A stretch of DNA of 55,057 nucleotides. Origin: Piromyces finnis finn (Eukaryota > Fungi > Neocallimastigomycota). The notes beneath the pieces are model-generated. The model ran no database searches and was not told where the DNA came from. It saw only the letters and a program-made list of their open reading frames with translations. Of this stretch, positions 34,301 through 51,100 are shown piece after piece. Each line of letters begins with the position of its first letter. Position 1 is the stretch's first letter. The stretch spans positions 1-55,057 of the forward strand of contig MCFH01000104.1 in NCBI GenBank assembly GCA_002104945.1, given 5' to 3'. The position numbers and the translations under genes were made by a program.

Positions 34301-35318
34301 ATTTTTATTTAATTGAAAAATTGTAATATTTTTATTAAAAAATTTAATATTTCTTTCAGATTTCAAATACTTACAGTATTATATATTTTTTTTTATTTAT
34401 ATATATATATATTTAATAATAATTAATAATTTATAACTAAAAATAAATATAAATAAAATTTTGTAAATAAAGAAATTATTTAATAATTAAAATTAGTATT
34501 TTTAATAACATATATTAATGTTTTGTTAATATTCATGTCATAAAATATTATACTAAAAATCTAACCATAATCAATATTTGAATGGTAATAAAAATCTGTT
34601 AAATCTAAATATCATAATACTATATTAACGCTGTATAGCCAATCAATTTTAAGTAATAACCCAATTGATGTTTATTGAACTTTAAGAAAAAAAAAATAAA
34701 ATTTATTTTATTTAACTCTCTTAAAAAAAAATAAAATTATATGTATTAATTATAATAAAAGAAATAAAAGGAAGAAAAATAGATATAATAGAGATAATGT
34801 TATGATTTTGTATTATTATATCTATAAAAAAATAAAAAGTTTATACCCCTTGGTTTTCAAGCCGTTCAATAAATGCACTATTTTGAATGGCTCAGTTCTT
34901 GCTTGGGAATAAAAACAACAATATTTTATAAGATTTTTTGATAGTTTTAAATATATAACTATTAAAATTAAAAATATTGTTAACATTTTTTATAAGAAAA
35001 ATAATTATTTTTGAAACAGAAAAAAATAATATAAGTATTAATTATAGATAATAATTTTATACTATAATTTGAATAATATTTATATTATAAATATATGAAT
35101 ACAAGAAATATTAAAATAAAATAATGATAATAAAAAAAAGTAAGCCAAAAATTAGTTTTAATGTAAAAGAAAATTTTGAGTGTGTATCATAAATTTTTAT
35201 TTGCTGTATAAAATTATTATAAAAAATTTTTTTTATTTCTCTTAGTATTTTTGACTTATGTTAAAAATTAATAAAATAATTGTTTAGTTGATTTTATAAA
35301 AGTTTGTTTTTAATTATA

Positions 35319-40507
<5,189 letters not shown>

Positions 40508-40905
40508 CGTCAAATATTAAATAATTAAATAAATAATTAATTAATTATTTAATAATAATAATAATAATTTAGTGATAATCATTTATAGGAAATAGCAAAA
40601 GAAATTAATTTAAAAAGTTGGTTTTATTAATTATATGGAAATATGTGTATAAATTAATTTAAAATAAAAAATATGTTAAAAAGAACATTTAAGTTTTTTT
40701 TTTTATAGACTTTGAAAATGTGTAATTTTATTTATTAATAATTTAATCAAAGTACACTATATTTATACAAATCGATCATCGTGTAAAAGTCACAAATTAC
40801 AATTCGGAGGAATTCCGCAAGTTCCACAACATAAGAACACGGAAAAGAAGACTCGGAGAAGAAGATTGAAAAATATTATTAATTAATTGTCTTCTTTACC
40901 CTACC

Positions 40906-41840
40906 TTTTTTTTTTAGACTAGAAAGAGAATACACTTCTTCTTGTATCTATTTATTTAATTTGTGATTTTACATTATATTAAGTAATAATACATATTAAT
41001 ATAATAAAAAATCAATAAAAATATTAAAATATATATAGATAAAGATATAAATATAAGATAAAATAAAATTATTATTTAATTTGTAAAAAAGTTCAATGAA
41101 CTCTGCAAGTTGTACTGTGTGGGATTGATCCCTACCTAATAAATTAAATGAAATAAAAAAGAGAAGTAGCATCAGGTGTCTTACTAAGCCTATCAAAAAG
41201 TAGCTTCATAGAGCTACTAATGATAGGGATTGTTTTAGTAAGAAAAGCCGCGGGACCTTCTACATATGGAACATGAGACCCCGATGAACTGTAAGGCTGT
41301 TCATTCAAATGTCTTTATTCCGCCTTATCGATTTATAGCCCATCATAAGCTAAAATTACACTAAGAAGAAGTAAAAATATAGTTATTAATAATTTACTTC
41401 CATTTCAAGGAGTAAGCAAGTAATGAATTGATTCTTATATTTAATTAAAAAAAAAAAGAGTAAAAAAATTGTCAGGAAAGCGAAAAAGTTCTGTATTCAG
41501 AGAATACAGAACATTCTAAAATCCATGCAGACATGAGGGCAATTCTGGTAATGTTTTCATAACCGCATCGAATATGAATAATCCAAGTAATTCCTAAATT
41601 TAAGTGAGGTTTGTTGAAACCGATATGCATCAGGTAATTCGAATTAAGAAATTTATTGGTAGTATATCTGAGGGCTTTACTTCCATTACTTAGGTTATTT
41701 TATTCTAATAACGCTTTCTAATATCTTTAGTACTTTTATTATTTATTCTCATAAGTTTTTTATGCAATAAACAAGAATCATTTAAAATGTTCAACAACTT
41801 TAAATAAACAATTATTGAAAATTAATGAAGATATTTGAAC
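40906..41840 (-). mobile_element. Decayed 3' portion of LINE family B with a short poly(A)
   Basis: T10 at 40906-40915. The minus strand encodes LSNGSKALRYTTNKFLNSNYLMHIGFNKPHLNLGITWIIHIRCGY, which aligns with family A LKGNSIKAQYYDDNKFIETKDFIKLCYEYPEFAYGFYWLLKARSGY. Confidence 0.75.
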
Positions 41841-41881
41841 AATTAAATTTTACTAAATTATTTTTTTTTTTTCATAGAATC

Positions 41882-42627
41882 TTTTTTTTAACGTCATTAA
41901 TTTAATGAAAATTATAATACATGTTATAAAAAAGCAAAATTAAAAATAAAAATAAAAAAATAAAAATAATATATGTTTAAATAAACACAAATGAATAAAA
42001 ATTGGGTATAATGTATTCTAGTAATTTTAAAATAATTATTAAAGTTGCATAAAAGTTCAATGAACTCTGAAATTCGTATTGTGTGAGATTGGTCCCTACC
42101 TAATAAATTAAATGAAATAAAAAAGAGAAGTAAAATCAGGTATGATAGTGTGGTGTCCACTAAACTCTCCCATGAGTTCATAATGTTTTCATTCGAAGAA
42201 ATACTAACATTGAACCCTGTGTACGGAACATTAGGAATGTTCCTTTGTCATATCGGTATAACGTCGGCGCTCTTGATTACGTTAGGTGTCTTACTAAACC
42301 TATCAAAAAGTAGCTTCATAGAGCTACTAATGGTAAGGATTGTTTTAGTAAGAAAAGCCGCGGGACCTTCTACATATGGAACATGAGACCCCGATGAACT
42401 GTAAGGCTGTTCATTCAAATGTCTTTGTTCCGCCTTATCGATTTGTAGCTAAAGTTCTACCAAGAAGGAACGTAAAAATATAGTTATAAATTGTTTTTCT
42501 CACTTTCGTTTCAGGGAGTAAGTAAGTGATGAATTGATTTTTGTATTTATTTTGAAAAAGAGTAAAAAGATCGTCAAGAAAGCTGAGTGAAGAAGCTCTG
42601 TATTCAGAGAATACAGGGCATTCTAAA
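41882..42627 (-). mobile_element. Family A 3' tail (41882-~42030) joined to a family B 3' fragment (~42030-42627)
   Basis: 41882-42030 matches the family A 3' UTR end after a short T8 run. The B part encodes SGSHVPYVEGPAAFLTKTILTISSSMKLLFDRFSKT, similar to family A SGTNEGAPFLTVTAELLTKIMPFAIGQQWSMFKRFEAT. Confidence 0.7.
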
Positions 42628-43089
42628 TTTTTTTTTTTTTTTTTTTTTTTTTTAATGGCATCAAATATTTTTAAACTTTTCTATTAATTTAATTAAAATT
42701 ATAATACATGTTATAAAAAAGCAAAATTTAAAATAAAAATAAAAAAATATGTTTAAATAAACACAAATGTATTCTAGTTTATACTATTTGATTTCCAATG
42801 GGACAACGAGCCAAAGATTAATATTTTATCATAGGACAAAATTATGATCTCCATTGGTTGCGTTGGCCCTGCTGGCCTGTCTTACTGTTTCTTCAGCATT
42901 GACGCTCTTGGATGTTGCTTCAAACCTTTTGACCATTGACCATTGCTAGCCAATAGCAAAAGGCATGATTTTGGTTAGAAGTTCCGTGGTTACCGTCAAG
43001 AATGGTGTTCCTTCGTTAGTGCCAGATTGAATCTGACGCTTACAAAGTTCTTTCCATTCCCTTGAATTGTAATTGATATTGTTAAAACT

Positions 43090-43093
<4 letters not shown>
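42628..43093 (-). mobile_element. Older family A copy (3' end), interrupted by the full-length element; it resumes at 48938-49054
   Basis: T26 at 42628-42653 is followed by the family A 3' UTR and C-terminal coding sequence with substitutions and deletions. 48938-49006 continues the match to 43626-43693, then jumps to the equivalent of 44728-44775. Confidence 0.85.
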
Positions 43094-43137
<44 letters not shown>

Positions 43138-43374
43138 GGCATCAAATATTTTAAACTTTATTATTAATTTAATTAAAATTATAATACATGTAATAAAAAA
43201 TTAAAAAATAAAAATAAAAATAAAAAAAATATGTTTAAATAAACACAAATGAATAAAATTTGGGTATAATGTATTCTAGTAATTTTAATTAAAGTAAGAA
43301 AGCCACTATCATACTAAAGTATAATAATTGTATTTGACTTCCAATGGGACACCGAGCCAAAGATCAAAATTTTG

Positions 43375-46300
43375 TCATGGAACAAAATTATGATCTCCAT
43401 TGGTTGCGCTGGCCCTCCTGGCCTGTCTTACTGTTTCTTCAGCATTGACGCTCTTGGATGTTGCTTCAAACCTTTTGAACATTGACCATTGCTGGCCAAT
43501 AGCAAAAGGCATGATTTTGGTTAGAAGTTCCGCGGTTACCGTCAAGAATGGTGCTCCTTCATTAGTACCAGATTGAATCTGACGCTTACAAAGTTCTTTC
43601 CATTCCCTTGAATTGTAATTAATATTGTTAAAACTTCTTCCCCCAAGAAGGAATTTAAATATTTTACTGCACACACTAGAATAATCATACACATTAATAT
43701 TCACCGGATTATTAGAACTATTACTATCATTAACTAAATTACTATCTAAATTAGAATTATTATCTTCACTATTGCTATCATTACTAATATTATTATTTCT
43801 ATTATTGTTATTATTACTATTGTTACTATTACTATTGTTACTATTACTATTGTTATTACTACTATTGTTACTATTACTATTAATGTTATTACTATCTCTA
43901 CTGATATTATCAATTTCATTATTATTGATAGGACTATTGGAATTACGTTGACTGAAAAAATTTAATAGCTGGACTATGGAATCATAATGTTTAATACGGA
44001 TATCTCTAAATGTTGGACAATCTAATAACCAATGTTTAATACTTTGATCTCCACACTTGCAACATGGACAGTAGTTAGGACAAACTGGATCAACAAATTT
44101 GGCAGCTTTGGCAACTCTAGCATCCAACTTGTATCCGCTTCTTGCTTTCAATAGCCAGTAGAAGCCATAGGCAAACTCTGGGTACTCATAACATAATTTA
44201 ATAAAATCTTTAGTTTCAATAAATTTATTATCATCATAATATTGCGCTTTGATTGAATTCCCTTTGAGATCTTTCCAATAAAAGTTTTTAACTGCTTTAA
44301 CATCTCCATGTTTCTTTAATTTTTTATCAAGTGTCCTACTTGATTTGCACCACGTGTATTTTCTAAATTTAGGAATGTAATTGACAAGGTGTGAGATAAT
44401 ACAATTTGAGTTTTTCCATTTGTTAAAACATCTAACCTGAGCTAACGCACATTTGGCTGACAGTGGAGGAATATTCAAATCTTTTGAAATAGAGTATAAA
44501 GATATAAACGATACAGCTTTATGAACTCCGGCAACCCATCGTATTCCTTTGTTAACATGCTTCTGAGCAATTCTAGACCTAGCTTTGTTGGATCCAAGTA
44601 ATGGTGCAAAGTATGAAACTCTGCTAATCACTTGTGAGTTAAGTACTAGTTTTTTGAAAGGAATAGGAATATTAGGATTTCTTAAGAATTTACTGACTGA
44701 GAAAAGCCCTTTCAAAACCTTGTTATTAAGAGCTTTAATTACTGGTTTAAGGGACAGATTCTTATCAAATGGAACACCAAGATAAGTATAGCAATCAGTA
44801 GTTGGAATGGGTTGTCCTGCTAAGTAAAATGTTGGATCTCTCTTGTTCTGATTTTCTATTGATTCAGGACGAATCACCATCGTTGAACATTTCTGGATAC
44901 CAAATTCCATTTCATTATACAAGGCCCATTCATTAACTCTTCTAAGCATCTTTTTTAAGCATCCTCTTGTTGGAGCACAAATAACTATATCATCTGCAAA
45001 AAGTCCACCACAGCATCGAGTGTCACCTAAACTGACTCCTAGATCTTCGCACTCTCTAAATATATCATTAATAAAGAGATTAAAGAGAATAGGAGAAAGA
45101 GGGCAACCTTGACGGACTCCTTTCTTCACATCAAAAGATTTCGAGAATTGTCCATCTAATTTGACATTAGCCTTAGATGTTAAATATAAATTTTTGATAA
45201 ATTGTAGACTCTTACCTCGGATTCCTAAACAATCTAATTTATGGAGAATATTACCGATTGGGACTGAATCGTATGCTTTCCTGAGATCTAAAAAGGCCAA
45301 ATATGTCTCTTTATTATCTAATTGACGTCTACGGCATATTTCTTGGATTGAAATGAAAAGACTAATACTTTCTTCCTTTTTTCGAAAACCAAATTGTTCA
45401 GGTCTAATGAAATTATTCTTTAAACCATATTCTGAGATTCTAGTGGTGACAATTTTGGAAATCAACTTAATACCATTATTGATAAGTGATATACCTCGAT
45501 AGTTATCACAATCTGTCAAATCTCCCTTCTTAGGAATAGAAACAATACTGGATTCATTCCATGAGTTGGGGAAATCTCCATCCCAAATACGGTTGAATAA
45601 TTTAAGAATAAAATTTAAACCATGAGCATCATTATCTGAAGTAGCATTACCAGAAGAATTATTATCTGTAGCATTATTAGAATCATTACTTGATGGAACT
45701 AATGCTTTGTAAAATTCAATTGGAATACCATCCGGACCTGATGCTTTATAATTTGGAGTAGTGAGGATAGCTGACTTGACTTCATCAATACTAATATCTT
45801 GGTTGATATCCCACTCATCAAGCATAGGAAGTGAAAAACGTTTATTCGTTGGTTCTTCATACCAATGCTCCAAATCAAGACTTATACCACTTGGGTCTGA
45901 TGCAAGATTTTCGAAATGATCATGCCACACATCTAGTTGTTCTTCTGTAGCAACAACTAATTCTCCATTTTTATTTTTAATTGGTTGAGCAATAAAGAAA
46001 GAATCTTTTCCAATTTTTGCAGTTTTCTTGATCCATTTCCAGGCCTTCTTAGGATTATGACTCTTCATATACTCACATCCTGTTTTAATCCAATGAAGAT
46101 ATTCTTGCTTCCTAAATTCATTACATCTTTTGTGGATGTAATCAATGAGTTTACGGTAGATTTTAATTCTTTTAATAAATTCATCTATATCATAAATTCT
46201 TTCTTTTTTAAATCTCTTATACAACTTCATTTTGATTTTTTGAAGATTAAAAATTTGTTGTGAAATATGAAATGAAGACTTTATAACATTATTTGCTGAA

Positions 46301-47899
46301 GTAATACTGAGCTCGTCTGCAATTGAAAAAGCAGTTGAAGTAAACTCTTTGGAAAGTTCATCTGTAGAAACATTAGGATCGTTGAATTTTGCTGAAAGTA
46401 TTTGGAATTTATTATGACTGAGAATAGATTCCTTTTCCTCAATACATTTTAATCTATTCCATTTCAGAATTTTCTTAGGAACATTAAAGTCATTAGAAAA
46501 ATCTTCCATAGGAATAATTTTACCATTAATAAGAAGTGGCTTATGGTCTGACACAGGATAAAAATTATTTATAAATGATCCTGAGTGAATAAGATCTTTC
46601 ATCTTCGAATTGATAAGAGCATGGTCAATGTCGGAAGATTGATCACCTCGAGTCCAAGAGATAGTAGACCCTCTAAGCGGAAGAATTTCCCAATCTCCTA
46701 ATCCATTAGTTGATAACCAGTTGGATAATTTTACTTTAGACATATTAAAATCACCAACAAGAATCGATGGATGGGATGAATGAGTTTGTAACCACAAGCG
46801 AACTTCTAACTTTGCATGATCAACATAGATGTTGTGATGACTATGAGGCATATAAACATTTCCAATCGAGCATTTGAATCTATTCCAGAGACTAAAAGTA
46901 TAAATAGAAATAATATACTTTCCAGAGAAGTTTTCAAGTGAGGCTTGACACGAATTGTGAAAACCTAAATATAAACCTCTCATTCCTGGAACTGATTCGT
47001 CAGCTTTCTTGAAAAAAGTGTCTATAGTTTCGCAAAGTAACACGACAAGGATAATCTGTATTCGAACCAGAACCATTACCAGTTTCTTGGAAACATAAAA
47101 ATAATGGTTTGAAAATAGCTGTGAAATAGCTAATACTATCTCTCTTTTCGTGATTCCACCCATTGGTGTTCCAACTAAGACAAAAAGAAAAGTTATCAGG
47201 CTTGTTGGATGAGGAAGAATCGTTGCTATTATTATTATTATTAAAGTCATCGTTATTAATGGATGATGCATCAGAGGAATAAGTAGAACTATTACTAGAT
47301 GGCTGTGAAACTGAAGAACTATCAACTATTGAACTGTTATCAGAGTTGATAGAGCTATTAGAATTAATTGTTGAATGTTGAGATTGAAATTGTGTTTGCT
47401 GTAGATCTGGAATATTTTCATGATTGGAAACTTGTTGAAGATCTTGTTGAAGATCTAGTTGAAGATCGGATTGTTGATGAGATTGTTGAACTGATTGTTG
47501 AAATGATTGTTGAATAGAATGTTGATGTTTATTAGAAACTAAAATTTTACGTTTGAGAGTGGAAAAAGTGTATTTGTGATTCCTTCTACTACGAGCTGAA
47601 AAGGAAATTGAGGTAACTGAAAGTTTCTTCTTTAACATGTGTAAGATTTTAATACAATCTTTCGATGAACCATGAACCTTGACTAAGAAAAAGTGATCAT
47701 TGAAAGTCTGAAAATATTTAACACTAATAACTGAATTAAATTTATCTTCTAGAATAACCTCGAGTTTTTCCCATAGCATATTTACTGACCATGATCGAAT
47801 ACCACGGATAAAGAAGGAGCGAATATCATTTAAGGGGATACCATAAGACCGGGTACCACGTCTGATATAATTCTTGTCTTTAATATAAAGGACTGACAT
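43375..47899 (-). CDS. LINE polyprotein (N-terminal domain, APE endonuclease, reverse transcriptase, CCHC knuckle); ~1507 aa if a 1-bp frameshift at 47012-47017 is removed
   Basis: APE: SWNTNG, LCFQET, LVGDFN, IDH, SDHKP. RT: KASGPDGIP, NYRGISL, QFGFR, FLDLRKAYDSV, GVRQGCPLSP, FADD, YLGV. Knuckle: CPCCKCGDQSIKHWLLDC. The ORF track splits it into 47899-47000 and 47325-43375. Confidence 0.9.
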
Positions 47900-48546
47900 G
47901 ATAATAAATTCTAATTAAAAATATTGAATATAAAATAAATACTAATAAAAATTATAAATATAACGTGTATGGAAAAAAAATCTGTCTCTCTCTCTCTTCT
48001 TAAAAGTACTGGATAGTACAAAAATTGTTACGATGCTTTGTTTAAAGTTTTTTTTTTTTTTTGAATTCTAGTTGTAAATTTTCTTTAAAAATTCTAGTTT
48101 TGGTTTGTTGTTAGTAAATTCGAATCGCTTTTTGACACTAAACTTGTTTGACTTTACTTTTCATTAAATATTTAAATTGGTAAAAAATTTGAATCAAGAA
48201 TGTCGACACCAGAAAGCTTGTGAATAGTATTTTTACATGATGTAGAGTGAATCAGTCTCTTACAAGAAACAATACAACAATAGCTACATGAATATAAAAG
48301 TACAATGCAAATGCTAAAGTTGACTACATTGGATTCTTACAAGAGAAGAGTAGTACTACATGAATACATGAATAAAAGAAAAAATACAGCAACAAAATGT
48401 ATTACTCTTCTAATTAAATACTATACAAACTTACCTGAATATCAAACATTCAACTTATTCATCAAATACTTAATTCGATGAATAAAATGTTTTTTAATCG
48501 CTCAGTACCATGAGCTTAGTCCTAATAATTTTCCCTTAAAGACTAA

Positions 48547-48792
48547 CCAAGCATCCATTGCGCAATGCTTGGATTTAATTCTTTCTACTCTCTCAGTACC
48601 ATGAGCATGAGTAGACCCCCTTGATAAACTCCATTATTAAATAAATGAAGGCACGTTCCTAAGAGGGCACCAAGCATCCATTGCGCAATACTTGGATTTA
48701 ATTCTTTCTACTCTCTCAGTACCATGAGCATGAGTAGACCCCCTTGAGAAACTACATTTATTAAATAAATGAAGGCACGTTCCCAAGAGGGG
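48547..48792 (-). repeat. Two ~123-bp GC-richer tandem units with multiple hairpins upstream of the LINE ORF
   Basis: ccaagcatccattgcgcaat(g/a)cttgg...aagaggg starts at 48547 and 48670. The sub-motif ctcagtaccatgagc occurs a third time at 48501-48515. Confidence 0.9.
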
Positions 48793-49059
48793 TCCAGAGA
48801 CTAAAAGTATAAATAGAAATAATATACTTTCCAGAGAAGTTTTCAAGTGAAGCTTGACACGAATTGTGAAAACCTAAATATAAACCTCTCATTCCCGGAA
48901 CTGATTCGTCAGCTTTCTTGAAAAAGTGTCTATAGTTTTGTTAAAACTTCTTCCCTCAAGAAGGAATTTAAATATTTTACTTCACACACTAGAATAATCA
49001 TACACAAAGAGCTTTTAATAGCTGGTTTAAGGGACAAATTTTTATCAAATGGAATGGCA

Positions 49060-49135
49060 TCTACTAAACTAACCAATGAGCTCATAATGTTTTTATTCGA
49101 AGAGATACTAACATTGAATCCTGTGAACGGAACAT
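49060..49135 (-). mobile_element. Small LINE family B 3' UTR fragment
   Basis: atgagctcataatgtttttattcgaagagatactaacattgaatcctgtgaacggaaca matches about 21992-22050 and 42172-42230. Confidence 0.7.
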
Positions 49136-49732
49136 AAACTAATCTATATTGATTTTAAAAAACTAACATTTCAAGTAATTTTAATATTGATTTCATAATT
49201 ATAAATAGTTTTAAACTTTTATTTTTTCTTATTTAAACACAAAGCTCTCTAATAACAATTATTTATTATATTTATTATATTTATATATTTTTATTTTTAT
49301 TTGTTTTTCGTTTTTTTTTTTGTTTTTTAATATATTTGCAAATTTTTTAAAGTTAGTTATTCTCATTTTCCATCCTTTAAATTTATTCTAAATTTACATT
49401 TTTATTTTGCATGTTGTTCTTATTTGCAACTTCAAAATATTAAAGGATGAATTTTATATTTACTTTTAACTTCTATTTCAAAATTTTTTAATTTTTTACA
49501 TTTTATATCTAAAAAAAATTGCTATTATTTATGATTAATATTAAATATGAAAATATACATAATTTTTTAATAAATTAATTTAATAAAATATTAATTGAAA
49601 AATGAAATAGCTTTTTGTTTGTATCTTTTGTATTTTTTTAAAGATAGTATAAAGAAATGTTGAAACCTCTTTATATTTTCATAATGATCTGTATGTATTA
49701 TATTATTAATTAATGAGTTCCACATTGTTAAC

Positions 49733-51100
49733 TTAGAACTTAAGTTCCTTTGGTTGTTCCCAAGTGAATTGAGAGCGACCGAAGTGACCGTAACAAGCAG
49801 TTTCTTGGTAAATTGGTCTCCAGAGATCGAGTTCTTGAACAATAACACCTGGACGGAGATCGAAGTTCTTCTTAATGATTTCTAAGATTTCAGCATTGGA
49901 CTTAACACCAGTACCGTAGGTATCAACAAAGATAGAGCATGGTTCAGAAACACCAATAGCGTATGAGATTTGAACTAAGCAACGACGACATAACTTAGCA
50001 TTAACTAAAGACTTAGCAACCCATCTAGCAGCGTAAGCAGCAGAACGGTCAACCTTAGACCAATCCTTACCGGAGAAGGCACCACCACCGTGAGCACCCC
50101 AACCACCGTAAGTATCGACAATAATCTTACGACCAGTAAGACCAGCATCACCTTGTGGACCACCAATAATGAACTTACCAGATGGTTGCATGTGGTAAAT
50201 AGTCTTTTCAGTTAATAAGTTGGCTGGAATAACAGTTTTAACAACCTTTTCAACAAGTTCCTTACGTAATTCTTCAGTAGTAATTTCTGGAGCATGTTGA
50301 GTAGAAATAACAACATTGTGAACACTTAATGGAGTAGTAACACCGTTTTCAATCTTGTATTCAACGGTAACTTGAGTCTTGGTATCTGGACGTAACCATG
50401 GAAGAGTACCATCTCTACGGAGTTCAGCTAACTTAAGGTTAAGCTTGTGAGCTAACATGTGAGAAAGTGGCATTAATTCTGGAGTTTCATCAGTAGCGTA
50501 ACCAAACATAATACCTTGGTCACCAGCACCAATATCTTCGACGTTAGTGGAAACTTGAGTAAGACCTTGAGCAATATCTGGAGATTGTTGTTCAATGGCA
50601 ACTAAAACGTTACAAGTCTTGTAATCGAAACCCTTGGAAGAATCATCATAACCGATCTTCTTAATAGCAGATCTGACAACCTTTTGGAAATCAATTTGAG
50701 CGTTAGTGGTAATTTCACCAAAGACCATAATCATACCAGTCTTGGCAGCTGTGTTATGTTGATAACAATAATTAAATTTTTATTAATATATTTTCATTTA
50801 ATTATTACTAGAAATTCTTAATATTTTTCATTTTAATAAACTCACCAGTTTCACAAGCAACGTGAGAGAACTTATCTTGAGCAAGACAGGCATCAAGAAT
50901 AGCATCAGAAATTTGATCACAGATCTTATCTATTTAATATTAATATTAATATTTATTAATATACTTTGCTTTTATACATATATTCAATTATTGACTTTTT
51001 TTTTTTCTTTTTAATAATATTAATTTATTTACTGATTTAAATATTTACCTGGGTGACCTTCACCAACAGATTCAGAAGTAAAAAGGAAAGTTTCAGCCAT
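49733..51100 (-). CDS. SAM2: S-adenosylmethionine synthetase (methionine adenosyltransferase), 3 exons, 383 aa
   Basis: Exons 51100-51049, 50929-50846 and 50748-49733 (1152 nt). Motifs [62 protein letters not shown] and YGHFG. SAM1 and SAM2 orthology cannot be distinguished. Confidence 0.97.

Larger units (their letters stand above)
43094..48937 (-). mobile_element. Near full-length non-LTR retrotransposon (LINE family A) flanked by a 15-bp TSD
   Basis: Poly(T) run ending at 43134. ttgttaaaacttctt is duplicated at 43079-43093 and 48938-48952. Contains the APE-RT-zinc knuckle ORF. Confidence 0.9.

Noticed and set aside
40770-40900. GC-richer patch encoding NSEEFRKFHNIRTRKRRLGEED
   Set aside because: Too short, with no start or splice context and no second copy in the window; it cannot be assigned.
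48547-48792. Hammerhead or HDV-like ribozyme call
   Set aside because: No CUGANGA...GAAA core with proper stems on either strand, and no P2 partner for an HDV fold. Reported only as structured repeats.
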